Both the position numbers and the translations under genes were made by a program. From Planctomycetaceae bacterium (GTDB lineage: Bacteria; Planctomycetota; Planctomycetia; Pirellulales; UBA1268), in assembly GCA_947449135.1 (NCBI GenBank), contig CANFQO010000009.1:610-64609 (forward strand): DNA of 64,000 nt, in the 5' to 3' direction. Each line of letters begins with the position of its first letter. The first letter of the stretch is position 1. A model generated the notes under the pieces. That model was not told where the DNA came from, searched no databases, and saw only the letters and a program-made list of their open reading frames with translations. This document shows, in pieces, positions 10,337 through 18,238 of this stretch.

Positions 10337-10473
10337 TTTCACGAAAAACACGACATCGTGTCGTTTTTTCTTGGCGGGCCTCAGCCCGCAGGCGAGAGCC
10401 GGGCATCCTGCCCGGCAGTTGTGTGGTGCTGCCATCCGGGCGGCCCTCCTGCCCGACGTTCCTTGCGTGAAAA
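10337..10473 (+). repeat. Dispersed multi-hairpin element, copy A (with short terminal inverted repeat TTTCACG...CGTGAAA)
   Basis: Hairpins GAAAAA-c-ACGACA[tcg]TGTCGT-TTTTTC, GCGGGC[ctca]GCCCGC and GCCGGGC[atcct]GCCCGGC. Homologous to the copies at 10594(-), 24311 and 62567. Confidence 0.85.
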
Positions 10474-10514
10474 CTGCCACTGAGGAGACGGTCGGAGGCA
10501 CGCGTAAGATGGGT

Positions 10515-10594
10515 CAGGCCCGGAGGGCCGGGTAAGCACCAGCCGACGGAGGTCGGCCAAGCGAAAACGACACGATGTCGTGTTTTGCGTAAAA
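10515..10594 (-). repeat. Dispersed multi-hairpin element, copy B (inverted)
   Basis: Reverse complement reads ttttacgcaaaacacgacatcgtgtcgttttcgcttggccgacctccgtcggctggtgcttacccggccctccgggcctg. Confidence 0.85.
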
Positions 10595-10830
10595 ATAGAT
10601 GCTGAAGAGCCGGTCGGAGGCACGCGCAGGAGTCCGGTGAATTCTGCGACTCACGAGCGATTCACGATTCGTCCAAGAGCCTCCTGTAGCAGAATCCGCC
10701 GGCGACGAGCATGCCGCAGACCGGCGAACCAGTGCGGGCTGCTCCACATGCCCCGCGCAACGGCCTCGCCAGACAGGATGACACGCTCGTGTTATTCTGA
10801 CCGCGGACCAATCTGCCTCCACGAGGGCCA

Positions 10831-11232
10831 ATGTTGATGCCAACGCCCCAAGCCGCCAGCGATCTCTCCGTCAAAAAGTGCGTGCCCTGCGAAGGGGGCG
10901 TGCCGAAATACTCGTCGGCCGAGGCCGAGGCGCAGCTGGCAGCGATGCCCGCCTGGCGGCTCACGCACGACGGCACGCGGATCCGCCGCGACTGGACGCT
11001 GCGAAACTTTCGTGAGTGCATCAAGCTGATCAATACTGTGGGGGCGCTGGCGGAGCGGGAGCAGCACCACCCCGATCTCCACCTGGAGGGCTACCGCTGC
11101 GTATGGATCGAGATCTATACGCACGCCATCGGCGGCCTTTCCGAAAACGACTTCATCCTCGCGGCGAAGATCGACACGGCGGCTCCCGTGGTCCCAACGA
11201 ACAGCGAGTCAGCGAGTTCGCCTCAGGCGTGA
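10831..11232 (+). CDS. phhB: Pterin-4-alpha-carbinolamine dehydratase
   Basis: KKCVPCEGG, AEREQHHPDLHL, THAIGGLSENDFILAAKID. Confidence 0.92.
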   Translation: MLMPTPQAASDLSVKKCVPCEGGVPKYSSAEAEAQLAAMPAWRLTHDGTRIRRDWTLRNFRECIKLINTVGALAEREQHHPDLHLEGYRCVWIEIYTHAIGGLSENDFILAAKIDTAAPVVPTNSESASSPQA

Positions 11233-11247
11233 ATGCCGGAGTAGGTC

Positions 11248-12195
11248 TCAGCCGCCGCAGTAGTCGATCGCCCGCGCAATCTCGCTCTTGAGATCCTTGC
11301 GGGCCACGATGCGGTCGATGAAGCCGTGCTCCAGCAGGAACTCGCTCGTCTGGAAGCCCTTTGGCAGTTCCACGCGGATCGTGGCCTTGATCGTCCGCGG
11401 GCCGGCGAAGCCGATCAGGGCCCGCGGCTCGGCGAAGCAGAGGTCGCCGAGCGAGGCAAAGCTCGCGGCCACGCCGCCCATGGTCGGATTGGTGAGGACG
11501 GAGATGAACAGTCCTCCGGCCTGCGAATGTCGGGCGAGTGCCGCCGACACCTTCGCCATCTGCATCAACGAGAGGATGCCTTCGTGCATGCGGGCACCAC
11601 CGCCGGAGGCACTGATGATGATCAGTGGCAGCTTGCCAGCCGTGGCCCGCTCGACGAGCCGCGTGAGCCGCTCGCCGACCACGCTCCCCATGCTTCCCAT
11701 GATGAAGGAGGAGTCGGTCACGCCGCAGGCCACGCGTCGGGCGCGGATCATGCCGGTGCCGGTGACGACCGCGTCACGCATCCCTGTTCTCTTCTGCTCG
11801 GACACGATCCGTTCGGCATAGGCCTTCTTGTCACGGAAGCCGAGGGGATCGGTGGGCCGCAGGTTGGCGTCGCATTCCTCGAATGTGCCGTCGTCAAGGA
11901 GTTGGGCAATCCGCTGCGCCGCCGACACATACCAATGAAAGCCGCACTGCGGGCAGACGTTCTGCATCTCCTCCGCTTCCTTGCGGTAGATCGTCGCGCC
12001 GCAGCCCTCGCACTTCTGCCAGAGCCCCTCTGGCACGCCGCGTTTTGTTCGCGGGGCGGTCGCCGATTCGGCAGGCTTCGCTGGCGGCCGCGTGGCGACC
12101 TCGGCTGGCTCAGTTCCGGCGCTGGCGGAGTTGCCAGAGGCCGTGCCGACGGCTGTGGTTACGGTACTCGGTCGCGGTGAGCGGCGGCGTTCCAT
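11248..12195 (-). CDS. accD: Acetyl-CoA carboxylase carboxyltransferase subunit beta
   Basis: Zn ribbon CEGC...[46 protein letters not shown]. Confidence 0.95.
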   Translation of the reverse strand: MERRRSPRPSTVTTAVGTASGNSASAGTEPAEVATRPPAKPAESATAPRTKRGVPEGLWQKCEGCGATIYRKEAEEMQNVCPQCGFHWYVSAAQRIAQLLDDGTFEECDANLRPTDPLGFRDKKAYAERIVSEQKRTGMRDAVVTGTGMIRARRVACGVTDSSFIMGSMGSVVGERLTRLVERATAGKLPLIIISASGGGARMHEGILSLMQMAKVSAALARHSQAGGLFISVLTNPTMGGVAASFASLGDLCFAEPRALIGFAGPRTIKATIRVELPKGFQTSEFLLEHGFIDRIVARKDLKSEIARAIDYCGG

Positions 12196-12357
12196 GCGAT
12201 TGTGTCAACGCGCGTTGAAGCACGGTCTGAGAGAGGATGTCGGCGAAGCCGCTGCAACGGCGAGACGCATTGTAGCCCGGGGCTTGCCTCTCCCGCTGCG
12301 CCGAAATTGGCGGTGTGCGGCGTGGGACTCGGCTGTGTTTTTGCGGGCTGTGGCGCC

Positions 12358-12969
12358 TCAGATCGGGGTCGGCTGGTAACGATCGGCGCGGGGCATGCGG
12401 GCCCACTGGGACGCCACGGGGATTTCCCTGAGGGGCTCGCCGTGCGGATCGCGGGCCCAGAGATCACCCATCGACTCTCCCGCCACAAGCCAGCAGACGA
12501 GCCGGTCGAGAGGTTCGGGAACAACGATCGCCACGCGGCCCTCCGTGTATCGACGGAGGAGTTTTTCGAGCACCCGATCGACCCGTTCGCAGGCCTCCTC
12601 CAGCAGTTCGCCTTCGGGAGGCGCGACAGCCCACGGATTGTCCTGCCACTGCCGATAGAGCCGCGGCTGCTTCCGGCGAATGTCATCCACGAGCAGTCCC
12701 TGCCAGAGCCCCTGGTCGAGGTTATGCAGGTCTTCGATGACCCGCGGCTTGAGTCCCATGGATCGGCCGATGATCCGGGCCGTTTCCAAGGCACATTGCT
12801 CCTCTGAAGAGACGAGCGCGAGCACCGGACCGTCAGCCAGCAGGGTGGCCGCGTGTTCTGCTTCGGTGACGCCTGCCGGGCACAACGGTATGTCGACCAC
12901 GCCGCGAATCCGGCCCTGCATTTCGAAGTCGGTGGCACCGGCACGGATCACGATCAGAGAATCGGGCAT
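12358..12969 (-). CDS. Histidine phosphatase (phosphoglycerate mutase) fold protein with degenerate active site
   Basis: LIVIRAGATD...RIRGVVDIPLCPAG, CALETA, LHNLDQGLWQG, PPEGE. The RHG motif is replaced by RAG. Confidence 0.75.
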   Translation of the reverse strand: MPDSLIVIRAGATDFEMQGRIRGVVDIPLCPAGVTEAEHAATLLADGPVLALVSSEEQCALETARIIGRSMGLKPRVIEDLHNLDQGLWQGLLVDDIRRKQPRLYRQWQDNPWAVAPPEGELLEEACERVDRVLEKLLRRYTEGRVAIVVPEPLDRLVCWLVAGESMGDLWARDPHGEPLREIPVASQWARMPRADRYQPTPI

Positions 12970-13051
12970 TGAGTGGGCATTGGCTCCAGAGGAAAAGCAT
13001 TTCCCGCGGCGGCAATGCCGTCGGGAAAACAGGTTCGCTGCGGCTGTGCCA

Positions 13052-13771
13052 TCAGGCGGCACTCCGGGCGAGTTGTTCGAGTTCGGTGATGGCCTTGGCG
13101 TAGTCGTGCGATCGGATCACGGCGCTGCCGGCCACGATCAATTCCGCACCGGCAGCCGCCACGGGACCGATGGTTTCGGTCGAGATGCCACCATCCACCC
13201 CCAGCCGGAACGAGTCGCCGCGTTGGGACCGCAGCGCCGCGAGTTGGGAAAGTTTTGCGAGTGCCACAGGGTTGAATGCCTGACCGCCAAACCCTGGCTC
13301 CACGCTCATCACCAGGACGCCGTCGCAGACGTCGAGATAGGGCTCGATCCGATCGATGGGCGTGCCCGGACTGATGGCGAGATGGGCCCGGGGACCGAGC
13401 GACGCAATGGTCTTGAGGGTCTGCCTGGGATCGGAGAGTCCTTCCAGATGAACGGTCAGGATGTCGGCTCCGGCCTGGGCGTAGGCTTCGACACACGTCT
13501 CCGGCTGCTCGACCATGAGGTGGACCTCGAGCGGTCTCTTCGCGGCCCGTCGTACGGCCTCGACCACCACCAGACCGTAGGTCAGTTGCGGCACGAAGCG
13601 ACCATCCATGACGTCGAGATGAAGGGCGGCCGCACCGGCCGATTCCAATCGCTCGACCTCCCTGGCCAAGTGTCCAAAATCGCAGAGCAGGAGGGCCGGA
13701 AGAACCACGGGACCGCGGGCATCAAGCGTGGCCGCCAACTGATCGAAGGCCTGTCCTGCCGGAGGATTCAC
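13052..13771 (-). CDS. rpe: Ribulose-phosphate 3-epimerase
   Basis: LHLDVMDGRFVPQLTYG, EVHLMV, VMSVEPGFGGQAF, VDGGI, VAGSAV. Start approximate (GTG). Confidence 0.93.
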   Translation of the reverse strand: MNPPAGQAFDQLAATLDARGPVVLPALLLCDFGHLAREVERLESAGAAALHLDVMDGRFVPQLTYGLVVVEAVRRAAKRPLEVHLMVEQPETCVEAYAQAGADILTVHLEGLSDPRQTLKTIASLGPRAHLAISPGTPIDRIEPYLDVCDGVLVMSVEPGFGGQAFNPVALAKLSQLAALRSQRGDSFRLGVDGGISTETIGPVAAAGAELIVAGSAVIRSHDYAKAITELEQLARSAA

Positions 13772-13936
13772 GTGTGTGCGGAGCAGAAGTTTGTGGCGCT
13801 GGCTACCATGCCCGCTGCCGTGGCCGGCATTGTAACACGGCTGAGGAGGGGGGGCTGGTTTCACCGCCGGGAAGGTCTGGTCGACCCATCTGCAAACGCT
13901 TTCCGTACAAAGACTTGGAGAAAGGAACGCAACGCC

Positions 13937-16900
13937 ATGGCCGCCACATCAGGAGCCGCGATCGAGGGGGTGCTTCCCAGCCGGCTGTCGCCGGCCGACC
14001 GGGAGCAGATCGAACGACGGGTGCAGCAGATCGGCCGCGGACTGTTGGAGCAGTCGCTCGCCGCCGAGCCTACGGCCGTCTCTCCGGAGTGGTGGGCGCA
14101 GCAGGCGGGAGAGTGGGCCACGCATGACGACGATCTGAAAGTGCGGCTGTTTCGGCTCGTCGACTGCATGCCGATGCTGGAGCATCCCGCCTCGCTCGAC
14201 CGTCACCTCCGCGAATACATCGACGATGACGTCATCACGCGACTGCCGTCGTCGCTCCGGGTGGCGGTCCAGGCTGCCCGGAGCGGCCTCCTCGCGCCGC
14301 TGGCAGCCCGGGCGATCCGGGCTGCGGTGCTCGCTCAGGCCCGCCGGTTCATCGCCGGCTCGAATCCGGCGGAGGCGGCGCGGGCGGCGCTCGCCCAGCG
14401 CCGCCGCCACCGCGGCTTCACGCTCGACCTGCTCGGCGAGGCGGTCACGAGCGAATCGGAGGCCGATGCCTACGCCGACGCCTATACGCGACTGCTCACC
14501 GAGCTGCCCCGCCTTGCCGCAGCCTGGCCCGCCGACCCGCTGGTGGACGACGGGCCCGACGGGCCGATGCCGCGGGTGAACGTCTCACTCAAGCTCTCCG
14601 CGCTCGACAGCCAGTTCGACGCCATCGATCCACTGGGCACCTCGCATCGCGTGCTTGCGCGTCTGCGGCCGCTGTGGCGATTGGCCCGCGCCCATGCCGC
14701 GCAGGTGCACATCGACATGGAGAGCCACGCCACGAAGGACCTGACGCTGGCCATCTTCCGGCAGATTGCCATGGAGGAGGAATTTCGTGACTGGCCCGAT
14801 TGCGGGGTGGTCGTGCAGTGCTATCTCCGCGAGTCGCTTCGCGACCTCGAGTCGCTGGCTGCGTGGGCGCGAGACCGCGGCACGCCGGTCTGGATCCGGC
14901 TCGTCAAGGGTGCCTATTGGGACTTCGAGACGGTGCATGCAGAGGCCGCCGGCTGGCCCGTGCCCGTCTGGCAGCAGAAGTGGCAGACCGATGCCTGCTA
15001 TGAGGCGGCGACGACGTTCGTCATGGAGCACGCGACGACGCTGCGGCCGGCGCTCGGGAGCCACAACCTGCGATCGCTCGCGCATGGCATGGCGGTGGCC
15101 GAGCATCTGGGCATCGACCGGCGCGGCATCGAAATGCAGATGCTTCATGGCATGGGTGATCCCGAGAAGGAGGCGGTGACCGCCGCCGGATGGCGACTGC
15201 GGATCTACATGCCCTACGGTGAACTCGTGCCCGGGATGGCCTACCTCGTCAGGCGGCTCCTTGAAAACTCGTCGAACGACTCGTTTCTCCGTGCGGGCTT
15301 CGTGAAGCACGTGGCGCCCGCCACGCTGCTCGCGGCCCCGGGGCCGGCCGCGAACGCCGACGACGCGGGTGCTGACCCTCCGGCCTCGGCCGGGCCTCTC
15401 GCTGCGATCGGATTTCGCAACGAGCCGCTTGCCGATTTTTCGCTCGACGCTTCGCGGCGGTCCATGGAGGAGGCGGTCGCCCGACTGGCCGCCGGCTTGG
15501 CGGCACGACCGGTCGCGGTAGCAAGTGTGATCGACGGCCGCCGCGTGGAGTCTGGGGATGTGTTTCCGCGTCATGATCCGTCGGATCATGACCGACTGAT
15601 CGCACACGTGGCAGCAGCCACGCCCGCGGATGCCGACCGCGCGGTCACGGTGGCCCGCGAGGCGTTGCCTTTCTGGAATCAGGTCGGCTGGGAACGGCGG
15701 GCGGGCATTCTCGAGAAGGCTGCGGACATCATGCGACGCCGTCGGTTCGAGCTGGCCGCCATCGAGGTCTTTGAGGTGGGCAAGCCGTGGCGGGAGGCCG
15801 ATGCCGATGTGGCCGAGGCCATCGACTTCTGCTGCTACTACGCCCGAGAGGCCAGGCGGCTTGCTGCGCCAGCGCGGGTGGATGTGCCGGGAGAGGAGAA
15901 TACGACCGAATGGCTGCCCCGAGGTGTGGCGGTGGTGATTGCACCGTGGAACTTTCCGCTCGCGATTCTCACCGGTATGACGACGGCGGCGCTGGTCACC
16001 GGCAACACGGTGGTGATGAAACCTGCCGAACAGTCGTCGTTGATCTCGCTGCGGCTGCACGAACTGCTGCTTGAAGCGGGAGTTCCGCCTGCAGCACTGG
16101 CCTTCCTTCCAGGCCGCGGCGAGGAGGTGGGGCCACCGCTCGTGTCTCATCCCGACACGGCGCTCGTGGCGTTCACAGGCTCGCGGGCCGTTGGCTTGGC
16201 AATCCATGCCCAGGCGGCGGCAGCCTCGGCGGCTGCGGGCAGCGGGCAGGTGAAGCGGGTGATTGCAGAGATGGGAGGCAAGAATGCAATCATCGTTGAC
16301 GACGACGCCGATCTCGACGAGGCGGTGGTGGCGGTCGTGCAGAGTGCCTTCGGCTTCCAGGGGCAGAAGTGCTCCGCCTGCTCACGCGTGATCGTGCTCG
16401 ACCGCGTGCACGACGCCTTCGTCAGGCGTCTCTCCGAAGCGGTGAAGAGCCTGCGGGTGGGCCCGGCCGCCGAGCCGGGAACGCGAGTGGGGCCGCTCGT
16501 CGACGCGGAGGCGCGGGACCGCGTGCAGTCCTTCATCGAGGTCGGGCGAAAGACGGCCCGCGAGGTGGTGGCCGTCGATGCCGGGACGCTGGCGGGCCGG
16601 GGCTGGTTCGTCGGGCCGCATCTGTTTGCCGACGTCGATCCGGCGGGGCCTCTGGGGCAGGAGGAGATCTTCGGGCCGGTGCTGGCCGTGTTCCGTGCCC
16701 GCGACTTCACCCGGGCGATTGAACTTGCGAATGGTACGCCCTACGCGCTCACCGCCGGCGTCTTTTCCCGCAGCCCATCGCATCTGCATGAGGCGGCAGC
16801 GGCCTTGCAGGCAGGCAATGTCTATCTCAATCGGGGCATCACTGGAGCGTTGGTCCGACGGCAGCCATTCGGCGGTTACCGGATGTCGGGCAGCGGCAGT

Positions 16901-17002
16901 AAGGCGGGCGGGCCCGAATATCTCCAGCAGTTTCTCGTGGCTAGGACAGTTACGGAAAACACGCTGCGACGGGGTTTTGCGCCGCCTCGACGCCAAGCGT
17001 GA
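13937..17002 (+). CDS. putA: Bifunctional proline dehydrogenase / L-glutamate-gamma-semialdehyde dehydrogenase
   Basis: PRODH motifs (FTLDLLGE, NVSLKLS, HIDME, IRLVKGAYWD, YLVRRLLEN) plus ALDH motifs (APWNFP, FTGS, EMGGKN, GQKCSACS, EEIFGP). Start trimmed to the ATG at 13937, preceded by an AAGGA RBS. Confidence 0.95.
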   Translation: MAATSGAAIEGVLPSRLSPADREQIERRVQQIGRGLLEQSLAAEPTAVSPEWWAQQAGEWATHDDDLKVRLFRLVDCMPMLEHPASLDRHLREYIDDDVITRLPSSLRVAVQAARSGLLAPLAARAIRAAVLAQARRFIAGSNPAEAARAALAQRRRHRGFTLDLLGEAVTSESEADAYADAYTRLLTELPRLAAAWPADPLVDDGPDGPMPRVNVSLKLSALDSQFDAIDPLGTSHRVLARLRPLWRLARAHAAQVHIDMESHATKDLTLAIFRQIAMEEEFRDWPDCGVVVQCYLRESLRDLESLAAWARDRGTPVWIRLVKGAYWDFETVHAEAAGWPVPVWQQKWQTDACYEAATTFVMEHATTLRPALGSHNLRSLAHGMAVAEHLGIDRRGIEMQMLHGMGDPEKEAVTAAGWRLRIYMPYGELVPGMAYLVRRLLENSSNDSFLRAGFVKHVAPATLLAAPGPAANADDAGADPPASAGPLAAIGFRNEPLADFSLDASRRSMEEAVARLAAGLAARPVAVASVIDGRRVESGDVFPRHDPSDHDRLIAHVAAATPADADRAVTVAREALPFWNQVGWERRAGILEKAADIMRRRRFELAAIEVFEVGKPWREADADVAEAIDFCCYYAREARRLAAPARVDVPGEENTTEWLPRGVAVVIAPWNFPLAILTGMTTAALVTGNTVVMKPAEQSSLISLRLHELLLEAGVPPAALAFLPGRGEEVGPPLVSHPDTALVAFTGSRAVGLAIHAQAAAASAAAGSGQVKRVIAEMGGKNAIIVDDDADLDEAVVAVVQSAFGFQGQKCSACSRVIVLDRVHDAFVRRLSEAVKSLRVGPAAEPGTRVGPLVDAEARDRVQSFIEVGRKTAREVVAVDAGTLAGRGWFVGPHLFADVDPAGPLGQEEIFGPVLAVFRARDFTRAIELANGTPYALTAGVFSRSPSHLHEAAAALQAGNVYLNRGITGALVRRQPFGGYRMSGSGSKAGGPEYLQQFLVARTVTENTLRRGFAPPRRQA

Positions 17003-17183
17003 CACAGCGTTCGGGGCTCAGCGGGGCATGGCATAGCGATTCCGCTGCGAGTTCCAGCGGGGAGGCAGCCGGAAAAGACCGCGGTTTTTCGCGGGGGTTT
17101 GCGGTCGCTCATGAAACGCTCGCATTTCCCGCTACCATCTCTGAACGAGTCTCTTTTCCTGATCCCCTCCAAGGAATCTGTAG

Positions 17184-18212
17184 ATGTTGACACGCATGCT
17201 CACCCACGCGGCGGTTGCGTTCGCGGGAATCGTCGTGCTCCCGACGCTGGCCTGCCTTGATTCAGTCGTGGTCATCCGCACCGCATCGGCGCTCGATCAG
17301 GAAATCGACCCAGCCCTGAAGCCTTACGAAAAGGTGTCGGGTGAAGTGGCCGGTTCGCTCAAGTGTGTCGGATCCGACACGATGAACAACCTTGTCGCCC
17401 TCTGGGTGGAGGGCTTCAAGAAGTTTTATCCGAGCGTGCAGGAGGGGATTGAAGGCAAGGGCTCGGCATCGGCTCCGCCGGCCCTGACTGAGGGCACGTG
17501 TACGTTCGGCCCGATGAGCCGCGACTGGAAACCGTCGGAGATCGACGAATTCAAGCAGAAGCATGGGTACGCCCCGACCGTCGTACCGGTGGCGATCGAC
17601 ATGCTGGCGGTGTTCGTCCACAAGGACAACCCACTCAAGAGCCTCTCGCTGCAGGAGGTCGACGCGATCTTCTCGAAGAACCGCACCGGCGGTGCCAAGA
17701 ACGAAATCCGCACCTGGGGCGACCTCGGTCTGGAAGGCGAGTGGAAGGACAAGCCGATCAGCCTCTATGGCCGCAACGCCACGAGCGGCACCTACGGCTA
17801 CTTCAAAGAGAACGCCCTCTTCAAGGGTGACTTCAAGCCGACCGTCAAGGAGCAGCCCGGCAGTTCTGCGGTGGTGCAGGCCGTAGCCAGCGACAAGTAC
17901 GGCATCGGCTACAGCGGCATCGGCTACCGCACGGCCGATGTGCGGGCCGTGCCGCTGGCGGCGAAGCAAGGGGCGGCGGCAATTGAGACCGAGCCCAAGT
18001 TCGCCTATTCGGGTGAGTATCCGCTCTCGCGGTTTCTCTACCTGAGCGTCAATCACAAGCCGGGGACGGCGATCGATCCGTTGCGGGGCGAGTTCATCCG
18101 CTACGTGCTCAGCGCCACCGGTCAGGGAGACGTCCGAAAGGACGGCTATCTGCCGGTCACCGGTCCGATTGCAAAGCGGGCACTGCAGAGCGTCGGGCTC
18201 ACGAGTCCCTGA
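17184..18212 (+). CDS. pstS: Phosphate ABC transporter substrate-binding protein
   Basis: GSDTMNNL, EGKGSASA, MSR, GRNATSGTYGYF, YPLSRFLY; first gene of the pst operon. Confidence 0.92.
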   Translation: MLTRMLTHAAVAFAGIVVLPTLACLDSVVVIRTASALDQEIDPALKPYEKVSGEVAGSLKCVGSDTMNNLVALWVEGFKKFYPSVQEGIEGKGSASAPPALTEGTCTFGPMSRDWKPSEIDEFKQKHGYAPTVVPVAIDMLAVFVHKDNPLKSLSLQEVDAIFSKNRTGGAKNEIRTWGDLGLEGEWKDKPISLYGRNATSGTYGYFKENALFKGDFKPTVKEQPGSSAVVQAVASDKYGIGYSGIGYRTADVRAVPLAAKQGAAAIETEPKFAYSGEYPLSRFLYLSVNHKPGTAIDPLRGEFIRYVLSATGQGDVRKDGYLPVTGPIAKRALQSVGLTSP

Positions 18213-18238
18213 GTTCCGCGCCTGCGCCTCCGCGAGCC

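Noticed and set aside
10337-10626. Possible CRISPR array
   Set aside because: Only two direct-repeat units 122 bp apart, no regular repeat-spacer series and no cas genes.
12680-13936. Apparent giant 1440-aa PutA fusion
   Set aside because: The extension is antisense to rpe and the phosphatase-like gene; an RBS and ATG at 13937 give a normal-length PutA.
14585-16207. 540-aa minus-strand ORF and similar long antisense ORFs (e.g. 17262-18257, 36586-37659, 42962-44149, 58416-59873)
   Set aside because: Stop-poor antisense frames are expected in high-GC coding DNA; no recognisable motifs.
17003-17183. Pho box upstream of pstS
   Set aside because: No convincing CTGTCAT-like 11-bp direct repeats were seen.
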